A stretch of 64,000 nt of DNA from a bacterium (lineage in GTDB: Bacteria; UBA8248; JACPRG01; G963555815): assembly GCA_965261595.1 (NCBI GenBank), contig CBDHDG010000006.1, positions 1,152,001 to 1,216,000 on the forward strand, written 5' to 3'. The notes below the pieces were generated by a model that saw only the letters and a program-made list of their open reading frames with translations, searched no databases and had not been told where the DNA came from. The position numbers and the translations under genes were made by a program. Of the stretch, positions 49,620 through 64,000 are shown one piece after another (within the stretch, counting starts at the first letter, position 1; each line of letters starts with the position of its first letter).

Positions 49620-50675
49620 TTACATCTTCGTCCGCTTCGGGAACCGCCAAGCCCTCGGGGTCGCCTCGATGAACTTGTTGGTAAAGGTGTCCCGCGAATT
49701 CAGCGGCCCCTTCAATCCGAGGTGGTCCCTGACCAGCCCGACCGCGCTCTTCATCTTCCCCGCATCGGCATAGCCCAAGCCGTTTTTCTTGAACAACTCG
49801 TCGAAGGTCAGCGCCACGACGAATTTCCATTCGGCCTCGATGACCTTCCGGCTACGTCCCAGGTTGTACTTCAAAAAGGCGTCAATCGCCTCTTTGGGAT
49901 GATCTATGGCGCAGGTGTACCCCCGCATGGCGGCCCGCGTGTACCGGCGGACGAGGTCGGGGTCCGATTGGATGACCTTGTCGGAGGAGATGACCACCGA
50001 TCCGTAGAGCTGCAGGCCATAGTCCGCCCACAGGAAGTAACCCACCCGGCCTTTCTTGCCCGCCTGCGCCGCGGCCTTAGCGAAGGCGGGGATGTTTACC
50101 AGCCAACCGGTCGCAGCGTCCACAATTCCCGATGCCAAGCTCGGAGCGAGAGCGGATCCACCCATGTTGACGTGAACCATTTTCTTGTCGTCAAACCCGC
50201 TGATCTTGGCGAAAGCCGGGATGAACCAGGTGCTTGAAGACCCCGCGACAACGGCGATTTTTCGTCCCTCCAGCATCTTTAGGCTTCGAGATTCCCTTTC
50301 CTTTCATATAGGCGATTGCGTAGGGTCCCTTATGGAAGGTGACAAAGATGATCTTCACCTTCGCCCCGCCGCCCGGCCGGAGATGACCGATTGGGCCGCC
50401 GCGCGGGAAATCTTGGTCGTCCCGGCGGCGACGCGCTTCACCGCGTCCCCCGACCCGTAGCCCCTGGTGATCTTGACCTTCAGCCCTTCCGCCTCATAGA
50501 AGCCCTTGGCCAGAGCCATGAAATCGCCGATGTGCTCCGCCCCCAGGACCCAGTTCTCCGTATAGACCAGCTTGGTCATTTCCGCATGAACCGGAAAGAC
50601 GCCGAACAGGCCCAACTGTAGGAACGCAGCCAACAGAATGCCCGTCCTGAAATTTGTGTTCGCACGAATTTTCAT
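49620..50675 (-). pseudogene. NMT1/THI5-like ABC substrate-binding protein with two compensating frameshifts (about 50365 and 50274)
   Basis: Signal peptide, KGFYEAEGL, GYGSGD; the middle segment AKVKIIFVTFHKGPYAI...ISKPKD is in a shifted frame; LEGRKI resumes. Confidence 0.8.
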
Positions 50676-50979
50676 CTTTGTCTCCCCCTCAGGAATAGAC
50701 CCCCGCGTGGAGGCAACGGCGCGGCCGAGCGCCGCTCCGTCCGGGAACACCCGGCAGCGCCTCCCGATCGAGGTCTTGGAAAACAACGCCTCTGCCCTCC
50801 CACAGCGAGTTCCGCACAGGCCCGCTACGTCTGAGATTTTCGACGGGATTCCTGAAAACCGTCACCATCTTAACTTGAAATCCGATTCCTGTCACGACAA
50901 GCCTTTCCACGAAACCGGGTCAACCCCGGTTTTCTATACCGACCGAATTCTGATTCATCGGTGATGGGCCAAGCCGAAT

Positions 50980-51015
50980 AAAAAAAGGCCCCATCCTCGT
51001 GACGAGGACAGGGCC
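50980..51015 (-). terminator. Rho-independent terminator of the rrn operon
   Basis: ggccctgtcctcgt/acgaggatggggcc hairpin followed by T7 on the minus strand. Confidence 0.85.
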
Positions 51016-51024
51016 CTGGAAAAA

Positions 51025-51142
<118 letters not shown>

Positions 51143-51245
51143 AATCGAAATCCCCCGCAGGGCGGCACCTGCGGGGGACACTGAATAGCGCGAAGGGTGG
51201 TCTTGGCAAAGCACTGAGCGTTTTCATGTTGGATGAGACCATCAT

Positions 51246-54272
<3,027 letters not shown>

Positions 54273-54419
54273 TGAAACTCGATGATCTCGCTCAGTGACT
54301 ATTGCTTTGACTTCTTCGCGCTATTCAGTTTTCAAAGAACAATGGGGCCAGCCTTTGGCCGGACGCCCAAAGAGGACACATCCACCGTCAAAATCGAGCC
54401 GCCCAGGGGAGAGTTACGG

Positions 54420-54492
54420 TGGAGGTGAGCGGATTCGAACCGCTGGCCTCCTGCGTGCAAGGCAGGCGCTCTCCCAGCTGAGCTACACCCCC
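54420..54492 (-). tRNA. tRNA-Ala(TGC); CCA not encoded (CCG follows)
   Basis: GGGGGTGTAGCTCAG...TTGCACG...GTTCGAATCC...CCTCCA. Confidence 0.97.
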
Positions 54493-54506
54493 GTCACGCG
54501 CGACCC

Positions 54507-54583
54507 TGGTGGGCCTACCTGGATTTGAACCAGGGACCTCACGCTTATCAGGCGTGCGCTCTAGCCAACTGAGCTATAGGCCC
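54507..54583 (-). tRNA. tRNA-Ile(GAT)
   Basis: GGGCCTATAGCTCAG...CTGATAA...GTTCAAATCC...GCCCACCA. Confidence 0.97.
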
Positions 54584-54846
54584 ACGTGAATTTCAGGCGG
54601 CCCACTCTTCTCGCCGCCTCGAATCACATGCACCCTCGCCGGAGCGCCGGGATATTCTCGGCCCGAGCCGGCTCTCATTGGATTTCGACGATAAATTTAA
54701 AACAGGGGGATCGCAGTCCGCAGGGTATCGACCTTGGTGTAGCCGCCTACCGGACGTTATTGCCTTCATCGGCACCTTTTCCGTTTCCCGTGAAGGGAAA
54801 CGTACTCGAGCCCCTCAGGCTAGTCGCTCGCAGGACGTTTTTGCTA

Positions 54847-56413
<1,567 letters not shown>

Positions 56414-56516
56414 GAACTGCATGTTTCAACTGCGAGTCTGTTTTCGAACAGATCTCCGTAGAGCCCGTCCGAATACTGCTCAAAGGAACCCGTTGGACTG
56501 CGATGCACCCTATTTC

Positions 56517-56531
56517 GTTGTCAAAGAGCGA
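56517..56531 (-). promoter_or_regulatory. rrn leader boxA antiterminator
   Basis: tcgctctttgacaac; a similar ttgttctttgaaaac lies in the ITS before the 23S. Confidence 0.6.
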
Positions 56532-56935
56532 TAGACAGATTGGAGACCCGGGAATCTTCGTTGATCCCGACAGGTTTGTCAAGGAGCAACGTTAAACACC
56601 AAAGATCGGGTCAACCCTCCGGCTAAGTGAAGAAGAATATACCTCCGAGCGGGCGATTGCGCCACAATATTTTACGGGGGAGCGCCGGATTTTCAGAATC
56701 CTCCCGATCCATCTCTTCGGGCCGCGCTCGGGACGGCGACCCGCCCGATTGCAGGCGTGGCCATTCAACTCCGGGCCGGGCAGGATGGCCGGCCTACCGG
56801 ACGGTGTAAATCCGGTGTTTTCAAAACAGGCAGAGCGGGCGTTTGGATCGTTTCACCCCTTGCCCGCCTCCCCCGCAAATCATCCTATGCTATGCTCCCG
56901 ATGAACCCGAAAGAACCTCACGGCGGGAGCGAATC

Positions 56936-57766
56936 ATGCTTTTCCAAAAGGCGTTGCGCCGCCTGACCCCGGACCAGCGGAGGGCGTTCAGGGCCTGGCA
57001 AACCAGGGCCCGCGCCCGCCGGGGAGCGGGCGGCCCGCCGGAAGACGGCCGCAAGGTTGTTACCAACCTCTCTGCCGAAGATCCGTTGGGACGTGACGGC
57101 GATCCGGAAGAAGAGGTGTTCCGCCGGTTCCTCGTCCGGTTGAGCTTGACACGGACAAGGGCCAACTTAAAAAAGAGCTACGAGAAGGCGTGCGCATCTT
57201 TCACCCTTGAAGGTCCCGAGGTCTCCGGGAGAACCTCCGGCTTGGTCAGCCGTGTCATCCCGGCGGACGTTTTCCTCCGAGAACTCGGAATCGCCGCCGG
57301 CCGGCCCGCCGCCGCCTCATCCCTGAACAAGCCCGCGGTTGAGGTGGAGCGCTTTCTGACGCGCTGGAGGAGACGAAGGGCCCGTGTTCTTCGCGACCTG
57401 GAAAAGGTCAGGCTCGGAAGACGCGATAAGAAGGCGGTTTTCCTGGTTTTCGACATTTCCGACGCCGACCGCTCCGATCCCGCAACCCTCAACCGAAGGA
57501 TTGGAAAAGACCCGCCGCCGGACCCAGATACCATATTATTGGAGATGGAAATCCCCGTTGCCGCTCTCGGGCCTAAAAGGTATCCTACGGTCTGTGACGC
57601 GGGCTGGTCGGGATATTTCAAGCCGTCGGCCAGAGAGGCCGATTTCGGCCGGACGCTTGATCTGAACCAACGTCCTCCCGGGCCGGGATTGCCCGAGATC
57701 GTGGCCGAAAATTCGAATGCGAATTGCGTGAGAGATTTTAGGCGCATACCAAGCGGTACGCCATGA
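56936..57766 (+). CDS. Hypothetical protein, possible ART-like fold
   Basis: 276 aa; C-terminal YPTVCDAGW..YFKP...GRT.DL...GLPEIV; ATGA overlap with the next gene. Confidence 0.7.
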   Translation: MLFQKALRRLTPDQRRAFRAWQTRARARRGAGGPPEDGRKVVTNLSAEDPLGRDGDPEEEVFRRFLVRLSLTRTRANLKKSYEKACASFTLEGPEVSGRTSGLVSRVIPADVFLRELGIAAGRPAAASSLNKPAVEVERFLTRWRRRRARVLRDLEKVRLGRRDKKAVFLVFDISDADRSDPATLNRRIGKDPPPDPDTILLEMEIPVAALGPKRYPTVCDAGWSGYFKPSAREADFGRTLDLNQRPPGPGLPEIVAENSNANCVRDFRRIPSGTP

Positions 57767-58695
57767 AACGAGCCACCGCCGTCTGGCGGCCGAAGAACAA
57801 CAGAGACGGGACGCTCAACCTGGACTCGCTGGGAGACGCCTCAGCCGCTGACATCCGACGCTGGATGAAGGCGCGTCTATCGGGCGACGACCTTTACTTC
57901 CCCGAGCGCCCCGACGATCTTCCGGCGCCCGAGCGCCTCTTCATCTACATCTGGGCCAACGCCGAAGGCCGCGCGCAGCGGCTTGTCGAGCGGGGCGCGG
58001 TCTCCCTCCTGAAAGAGATCTTGAAGAAGGACCGCACGCCCGGCCCGGCCGAGACGGCCTACAATCAGGCCATCCTTTTGCTTCTGGCCCACATCCGGCC
58101 CATCGAGGCCCGGGACTTGCTCGAACCCGTCGTCCGATCGGATGAATTCCGGAAAGAGCGTTTTACGGCATCCGGTCTGGATCGTTTGCTCGTCGGGGCC
58201 TGGGCGGCGCAGGGGCAACGGGCGGACGAGGGCCTCGCGCGCGGCCTTTTATCCGAGAAACCCTACGCCCTCGACGCCTTCTGGGTTTTCGCGGAACGGG
58301 GGCCCGAATCGGCCCTCCGCGCCCTGCCCGCGCTCCTGAAACATTTCCGGGACGACCCGGAGGACTACGCCCTCTCGGAGCTCCTCGGGGATTGGGTGGA
58401 GCTCCTTCAGGGGCCAAAGCGTCCGGGCGTTCAGGTCCTGACCTCTCACTTGAAGGACGCGCACGCCTGGGTCCGGGAGATCGTCGCGGCCTCCCTCGAC
58501 ACTGTGGGCATCGAGGTTCCCGGCATCCGCTCCCGGAAAGCGGCCTCACGGGAAAGCAGGCTGATCGGGGAGAAACTCGTGACGGCCTATAACGGCAACG
58601 CCGCAACGCCGGCCATACCTCCCCCCGCCCCCGCCGCCGGACGGCCGTCCACCCCGAGCGCCTGGCACGCTCCCTATCATCCTTCGCCGGCTTGA
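57763..58695 (+). CDS. Hypothetical alpha-helical (HEAT-like) protein
   Basis: 310 aa, amphipathic Leu/Ala-rich helices, Pro-rich tail; coupled on both sides. Confidence 0.7.
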   Translation: MKRATAVWRPKNNRDGTLNLDSLGDASAADIRRWMKARLSGDDLYFPERPDDLPAPERLFIYIWANAEGRAQRLVERGAVSLLKEILKKDRTPGPAETAYNQAILLLLAHIRPIEARDLLEPVVRSDEFRKERFTASGLDRLLVGAWAAQGQRADEGLARGLLSEKPYALDAFWVFAERGPESALRALPALLKHFRDDPEDYALSELLGDWVELLQGPKRPGVQVLTSHLKDAHAWVREIVAASLDTVGIEVPGIRSRKAASRESRLIGEKLVTAYNGNAATPAIPPPAPAAGRPSTPSAWHAPYHPSPA

Positions 58696-60137
58696 GACCC
58701 TCCTTGTCCGCCCCCCCGCCCCCCCAGACAACGCACTTCATCACATTCTACTCGTTCAAAGGCGGCGTGGGCCGGACGATGGCGCTCTTGAACGCGGCGC
58801 ACTATCTGGCCGCGGCGGGCCTGGACGTCCTGATGATCGACGCCGACCTGGAGGCCCCGGGGCTGACGCTGGCGCACAAGCGCGGCCGCAGGAAACCGGC
58901 CCAAGGGTTCATCGCGCTCTACGAGGAGTGCCGGGGTTTCATCGAGAGCGGCGCCGAACCGGACGATGCCCCCCACAAGCTCAAAGGATATCTTCACTCC
59001 TTCACCGTGAATACGCCGCCCCTGCCGGGGGTCGAGCGGCCCGGACGCCTCGCCCTCCTGCCGGCCCACCCGTCGGACACCTCGCCGGACGCCTATCTCC
59101 GCCAGCTCTCCGAGCTGTCCATCCGGGAGGTCGTCGGAAAAGGCATTGCCGTGTACGTGGCCGAAGTCATCCGGGCGCGCGTCCGGGAGGAGGGGTTCGA
59201 CTACGCCCTCATCGATTCCCGGACGGGGTGGAGCGAGGCGGCCGGCTTCTGCGTCCTGGGGCTGGCGGACGCCCTGGCCGTCGTCTCGGGCTTGAACGAG
59301 CAGAACCTCCTCGGGACGAAGGACTTTCTGGAGTTCGTGGCGGGCCGGGAGGGCGAGGCGCCGAAACCCGTCCTGCGGATACTCTCTCCGGTCCCGACGG
59401 CGGAGGAGGATCTCAAAGAGAAACGGTTCAGGCGGGCGCGGGAGCTACTCGGCGGAGAGGCCGCCGTCCAGATCCCGTACCACCCCCGGATCGCCCTCAT
59501 CGAAGAGCCTTTCGTCGTCACCCAGCCGGACCACCACGTGACCGAGCAGTACCGAAAGGCCGCCCGGGCGGTCCTGGCCCTCGTCGGCGACGACCCGGAA
59601 ACGCATCTGCGCGAGGCCACGCGACTCGTCTCGGAGGACAAGATCGAAGAATCGTTGAGCCGCCTGCGCCGGGCCTGCCCCTTTGCGAAGAACGAGGTGA
59701 TCCAGGTTCTCCGTTTAGTCATAACCCAGACGATCCTGGCGAGGGGAGACGTTCCACCGTGGGGCGACGACGCCTTCCTTCTCCTCACTCGCCTGGACCC
59801 CCAAGACGACATCGCATTCAACAACTGGGGAAACCACCTCACCCGCTTAGCTGAAATGGTCTGGAAAGACAAAAGGAAAACCGCCGAAAAATATTTCCGG
59901 GACGCGGAGAAGCGCCTTCGCGAGGCAGTGAGCCTTGCGCCCGAAAAAGAGGCTTACCGGAAGAATCTCGTAACGATGCTCAAACTGTGGGCGGATAAAC
60001 TGGAGGAATCCGGAGACACCCGGGCGGCGGAGAAAAAGCGCGAAGAGGCGGAGGGAGTTTCCTCGACCCCCGCGACCAACAGGAAAAAGAAGACACCGAA
60101 GAAACGTCCGGCCAAACCACGGACGGTCAAAAAGTAA
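58692..60137 (+). CDS. KGGVGR-variant ParA/MinD-like ATPase with C-terminal TPR
   Basis: ITFYSFKGGVGRT, DADLEAPGL, IDSRTG, NEQNL.G; AFNNWGNHL TPR. Confidence 0.88.
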   Translation: MRPSLSAPPPPQTTHFITFYSFKGGVGRTMALLNAAHYLAAAGLDVLMIDADLEAPGLTLAHKRGRRKPAQGFIALYEECRGFIESGAEPDDAPHKLKGYLHSFTVNTPPLPGVERPGRLALLPAHPSDTSPDAYLRQLSELSIREVVGKGIAVYVAEVIRARVREEGFDYALIDSRTGWSEAAGFCVLGLADALAVVSGLNEQNLLGTKDFLEFVAGREGEAPKPVLRILSPVPTAEEDLKEKRFRRARELLGGEAAVQIPYHPRIALIEEPFVVTQPDHHVTEQYRKAARAVLALVGDDPETHLREATRLVSEDKIEESLSRLRRACPFAKNEVIQVLRLVITQTILARGDVPPWGDDAFLLLTRLDPQDDIAFNNWGNHLTRLAEMVWKDKRKTAEKYFRDAEKRLREAVSLAPEKEAYRKNLVTMLKLWADKLEESGDTRAAEKKREEAEGVSSTPATNRKKKTPKKRPAKPRTVKK

Positions 60138-60299
60138 GACGGGCGGCTCGCCAATAGGGACTACCACGGGCCTGCCGGTGGGGGGGGCGCTGCCCTGGTG
60201 ATGAGAAACCTCCGCGCTACACCGCAACGAGTTGTCGGAATGCAACGAGGCCGGCATCTCCTCTTGGTGAGAAATGCGGGCTATTTGAGTTCTGTCTTA

Positions 60300-60414
60300 T
60301 TAATGGCCTATCTGCGTCTCGCGTGTAGGGGCCGGTACTGAGCCCGGCCCCTACATGTCCATTGTACGATCGCGTGTAGGGGCGGGGCTCCGTACCCGCC
60401 CCAGAAGTGTCGGG
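60300..60414. repeat. GTAG-type REP/REPIN-like composite repeat, copy 2
   Basis: gtaggggccgg...ccggcccctac and gtaggggcggg...cccgcccc; matches 1296-1431. Confidence 0.78.
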
Positions 60415-60431
60415 AAAACCCGGCCACGCGC

Positions 60432-61631
60432 CTACCCGCCGATCGTCACTTCCAGAAACCGCCGCTTGCCGACCTGGATCAGGTGGGTCCCCGCCTCGAC
60501 GTGAAGGTCGGCGTCCGAGACCTTCTCGCCGTTCACTCGCACCCCGCCCTGCCCGATGAGACGCCGCGCTTCGCTGTTGGACTTCGTGAGACCCTGGTCC
60601 GTCAATAACTGACAGATCCAGTGTCCCCCTTCCCGCGCCGGGATCGACACCTTCTTCACGTCCGACGGGACTTCATGCCGGCGGAACCGCGCGACGAATT
60701 CCTCCGCCGCGGCCCGGGCCGCTTCTTCTCCGTGAAACCGCGCCGCGAGCTCGGCCGCCAGGGCGGCCTTGACGTCGCGGGGGTTCCGCGCGCCGCTCTC
60801 GGTCTCTTTTTTCAGCGCCGCCAGGGCGTCCTCATCCACGTCGCTCAACAGCTCATGCCAGCTCCACATCAGCTCGTCCGAGATGGACATGACCTTGCCG
60901 TAGATCTCGCCCGGCGGCTCGTCGATCCCGATGTGGTTGCCGAGGCTCTTGCTCATCTTTCGCCGGCCGTCCGTGCCGACGAGCAGGGGGAGGGTCATCA
61001 CCACCTGGGGTGCCTGGCCGAAGGCGCGCTGGAGCTCCCGGCCCACAAGGAGGTTGAACTTCTGATCGGTCCCGCCGATCTCCACGTCCGCGCGCAGCTC
61101 CACCGAGTCGTAGCCCTGGAGAATGGGGTAGAGGAACTCATGGATGCCGATGGGCCTGCCCTCCCGGCGCCTTATCTGGAAATCGTCGCGCTCGAGCATC
61201 CGGGCCACGGTCTGGCGCGCCGCCAGGCGCAACAGGTCGGCCGCCGAGAGGCCCCCCAGCCAGGCGTTGTTGAAGACGACCTCGGTTTTATCCGGATCGA
61301 GGATCTTGAAGACCTGCCGCTCGTAGGTCCGGGTGTTCTCGCGAATCTGGTCCTCGGTAAGCTGCGGCCGGGTCTCGGAGACGCCGGTGGGGTCCCCGAT
61401 CCGGGCGGTGAAATCCCCGATGAGGAACAGGACGTGGTGGCCGAGGTCCTGGAAATGACGGAGCTTTTGGATCAGGACCGTGTGGCCCAGGTGAAGGTCG
61501 GGGGCCGTCGGGTCGAAACCGGCCTTGACGCGGAGCGGCTTTCCGGCGGCGATCTTCTTCCGAAGCTCCCCCGCCGGGATCACCTCGGCGGCGCCGCGCC
61601 CCAATCGGGCCAACTGGTCTTCCGCGTCCAT
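60432..61631 (-). CDS. tyrS: Tyrosine--tRNA ligase
   Basis: [34 protein letters not shown]4 domain. Confidence 0.98.
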   Translation of the reverse strand: MDAEDQLARLGRGAAEVIPAGELRKKIAAGKPLRVKAGFDPTAPDLHLGHTVLIQKLRHFQDLGHHVLFLIGDFTARIGDPTGVSETRPQLTEDQIRENTRTYERQVFKILDPDKTEVVFNNAWLGGLSAADLLRLAARQTVARMLERDDFQIRRREGRPIGIHEFLYPILQGYDSVELRADVEIGGTDQKFNLLVGRELQRAFGQAPQVVMTLPLLVGTDGRRKMSKSLGNHIGIDEPPGEIYGKVMSISDELMWSWHELLSDVDEDALAALKKETESGARNPRDVKAALAAELAARFHGEEAARAAAEEFVARFRRHEVPSDVKKVSIPAREGGHWICQLLTDQGLTKSNSEARRLIGQGGVRVNGEKVSDADLHVEAGTHLIQVGKRRFLEVTIGG

Positions 61632-61731
61632 CTCCCGACACCCCCGGGCGCAGGCTTTCCAAAACACGAAAAGGCATGGCAACCCCTCGGGCGCCTGCCT
61701 TTTCGTGAAGAAATGCCGGATCTTTGAAAGA

Positions 61732-62004
61732 TTAGTTTACGGCGTCTTTCAACTCTCTTCCAGCCGAAAACTTCGGGATCTTCCGGGCCTTGATCTTCAG
61801 CGCCTCACCGGTTCTCGGGTTCCGGCCCATCCGCGCCTTCCGCTTGCTCACGGAGAAGGTGCCAAACCCGACCAGCGTCACCTTGTCGTTTTTCTTCAGC
61901 GCTTTCTTGATTCCATCCAACGCCGCCTTGAGCGCGCTCTCGGCGTCCTTCAGCGTAATCCCCGCTCCATCCGCCATCTGCTTAATCAATTCGCCCTTGT
62001 TCAC
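61732..62004 (-). CDS. hup: HU family DNA-binding protein
   Basis: [30 protein letters not shown]. Confidence 0.96.
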   Translation of the reverse strand: MNKGELIKQMADGAGITLKDAESALKAALDGIKKALKKNDKVTLVGFGTFSVSKRKARMGRNPRTGEALKIKARKIPKFSAGRELKDAVN

Positions 62005-62320
62005 TGTCCCCGCTCCTCCCTCATAAGATTACCGCACGACCATCCCCTGGCGACCTCCCCACATCCCCATCATGATTGCAAAATATTAAGGGGTATCCGT
62101 CCGCCCGGCCGTCTTCTTATCACCGCGCCATGCCGAGTGTCAAGGCAAATTCCGGCGCTTTGCGCAGGAAAACCACATCCAGCCGGGAACGCCGCATTGA
62201 CACCCCTCCATCAGTCGCCTATGTTTCGCTGCAAGACCGGGCCGAGCCCGCCGGCAAGACGGATCGGCCGCGCCTCGAACCCGCCGCCCGCTGAAACCGA
62301 CCACCGGGGAGACCTCGCCT

Positions 62321-62794
62321 TTGGGACGGAAATACCCCTCGCGCCCCATTGTCGGCGTCGGGGCCTTAATCTTCCAGGATGGCGGAGAAGAGGTTCTCGT
62401 CGTGCGCCGGGGAACGCCGCCGGGGGCGGGGGCGTGGAGCGTTCCGGGCGGCGCGGTGGAGATCGGCGAACACCTCGAAGACGCCCTCCACCGCGAGATC
62501 GACGAGGAGACCGGTCTGCGGATCGAAATCCTGGAGACCGCCGCCGTCCTCGACCGCATTCACCCGGACGCGTTCGGCCGCGTCCAATACCACTACGTTC
62601 TCATCGATTATCTCTGCGCCCACGTGTCCGGCGAGCCCGTGGCCCGAACGGACATCGTCGACGCCCGTTGGGCCAAGGTCCGGGAGCTGGAAGCGCTCGA
62701 GATGACCGAGTGGACCCTGGAGCACTTGCGGAAGGCCTCGGAGCGGTTTCGAGAAATCAAGTCCGGCGCCGCGGCGCCGCCGGCCATCGGCTGA
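62321..62794 (+). CDS. NUDIX hydrolase
   Basis: PGGAVEIGE....A..REIDEETGL, HYVLIDY. Confidence 0.92.
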   Translation: MGRKYPSRPIVGVGALIFQDGGEEVLVVRRGTPPGAGAWSVPGGAVEIGEHLEDALHREIDEETGLRIEILETAAVLDRIHPDAFGRVQYHYVLIDYLCAHVSGEPVARTDIVDARWAKVRELEALEMTEWTLEHLRKASERFREIKSGAAAPPAIG

Positions 62795-62861
62795 GCGCGT
62801 TTCGCTGCCGGCCCCGCCGGATCCGCGGCGGCCCGCCGGGTCGAGAGAAGGAGATAACCCG

Positions 62862-63383
62862 TTGTCGATTGCAACCCGCCGAGGCGACACCGGCGAGACC
62901 GATCTCCTCTACGGTGGACGCGTCGCCAAGCATCACCCCCGCGTGGAAGCCTACGGGGCGCTTCACGAGGCCATCGCCGCCCTGGGCCTGGCGCGCGCGG
63001 GGCTCCCGCCGGGCGGACTTCGGGAGGACACCTTCCGCGTCCAGAAAGAACTCTTCCTCATCGGCTCGGAGCTGGCCGCCGATCTCGCCCATCTTCACAG
63101 GCTGGCGACCCGCATCGGCGAAGAACACGTTCAGTGGCTGGACAAGCGATTGGCCGAGGCCGAGAAGACGCGGCCGGTGACCGACTGGATCATCCCGGGG
63201 GAGGGGTCGGCTTCGGCCGCCTTCCACCTGGCCTCCACCATCATCCGCCGCACGGAGCGCCGGGCGGTCAAGCTGCGGGACGACGGCCTCCTGGAGGGCG
63301 GGCACCTGCTCACCTACCTGAACCGCCTCGCGGACCTGCTCTTCATGTTCGCCGTGCTGAGCGAGGAGCCTTCGGGGGATTGA
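62862..63383 (+). CDS. PduO-type cob(I)alamin adenosyltransferase
   Basis: TRRGD.G.T.L..G.RV.K...RVEAYG, RR.ER, YLNRL.D.LF. Confidence 0.92.
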   Translation: MSIATRRGDTGETDLLYGGRVAKHHPRVEAYGALHEAIAALGLARAGLPPGGLREDTFRVQKELFLIGSELAADLAHLHRLATRIGEEHVQWLDKRLAEAEKTRPVTDWIIPGEGSASAAFHLASTIIRRTERRAVKLRDDGLLEGGHLLTYLNRLADLLFMFAVLSEEPSGD

Positions 63384-63398
63384 AGCCGCCCGCGCCGA

Positions 63399-64000
63399 TC
63401 AGGGCGAGCCGTAAAAACCGGATTGGCGGTATTGTGAGGTCAGCGCCTCCCACCAGACCTTCAGGACAACAGCCGCCGGCACCCCCAGCAGCACACCCAG
63501 GAAGCCGAAAGCCGAGCCCCCGATCAGGACCGCCAACATGACCACCACCGGGTGGAGGCCGATGCGCTTTCCCACGATGCGCGGCGTGAGAACAAACCCC
63601 TCCAGGCCCTGACCCACCGCGAAGACCGCCACAACGCCCAGCAGATGGGCGACGTCATGGAACTCCAAAACCGTCATCACCAGGGCCGGGAGAAGGCCCA
63701 CGATCAACCCCAGGTACGGCACGATGTTGGCCAAGCCCGCGACGATCCCGATCCCGATGGGCAGGGGGGTTCCCACGATCATGAGTCCGGCGCTGTACAC
63801 CACGACCAGGCAGAGCGCAACCAGAAACTGGCCCTTGATGAAGCTGCCCAGCAGCTCATCCATCCGCTCGAACCGCCGGATCAGAAACACCCGGTGTTTG
63901 GGCGGGACGTACCCGAGCGCCCTTTCCTTGAGCACATCGAAATCCCTCAACAGATAAAAAGCCGCCACAGGGATGACGGTCAGGTTCACCAGCAGCAGGG
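63399..64000 (-). CDS. AI-2E family transporter (5' end outside the window)
   Basis: FYLLRD, VPYLG, LTPRIVG..IGLHP, G..FG.LG.LL.VP. Confidence 0.9.
   Translation of the reverse strand, partial: LLLVNLTVIPVAAFYLLRDFDVLKERALGYVPPKHRVFLIRRFERMDELLGSFIKGQFLVALCLVVVYSAGLMIVGTPLPIGIGIVAGLANIVPYLGLIVGLLPALVMTVLEFHDVAHLLGVVAVFAVGQGLEGFVLTPRIVGKRIGLHPVVVMLAVLIGGSAFGFLGVLLGVPAAVVLKVWWEALTSQYRQSGFYGSP

Noticed and set aside
58692..60137. Calling the ATPase chromosomal parA/minD
   Set aside because: KGGVGR(T) variant with TPR extension; no parB or minCE nearby

Overview
GC-rich bacterial chromosome segment. The 16S looks Nitrospinota/Deltaproteobacteria-like, but this is only a by-eye impression. Intact housekeeping blocks: dusB-tsaD-ctpA-envC-ftsX-ftsE, recA-recX, one complete rRNA operon (16S-tRNA-Ile-tRNA-Ala-23S-5S, minus strand), and tyrS-HU-NUDIX-cobalamin adenosyltransferase. 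Between them lie catabolic genes (acyl-CoA dehydrogenase, CoA-transferases including a mesaconyl-CoA isomerase, ADH, amidohydrolase, LLM, NMO, TPP enzyme, ABC permeases), a HEPN/MNT toxin-antitoxin pair and a decaying copper cluster. Mobile DNA is abundant: two IS1595-family elements, two 1404-bp IS3-family copies and a truncated IS1380. Two observations stand out. (1) Three transposase-free cassettes with related IS1595-like ends carry orphan passenger genes; two are complete with exact 8-bp target duplications. Every end holds two NrdR-box-like palindromes behind a TTGAC, and a similar box overlaps the predicted recA -10. (2) A translationally coupled three-gene operon beside the rrn leader (possible ART-fold protein, helical protein, KGGVGR ParA-like ATPase-TPR) looks like an undescribed conflict/defence system. 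Many accessory genes are frameshifted or interrupted.
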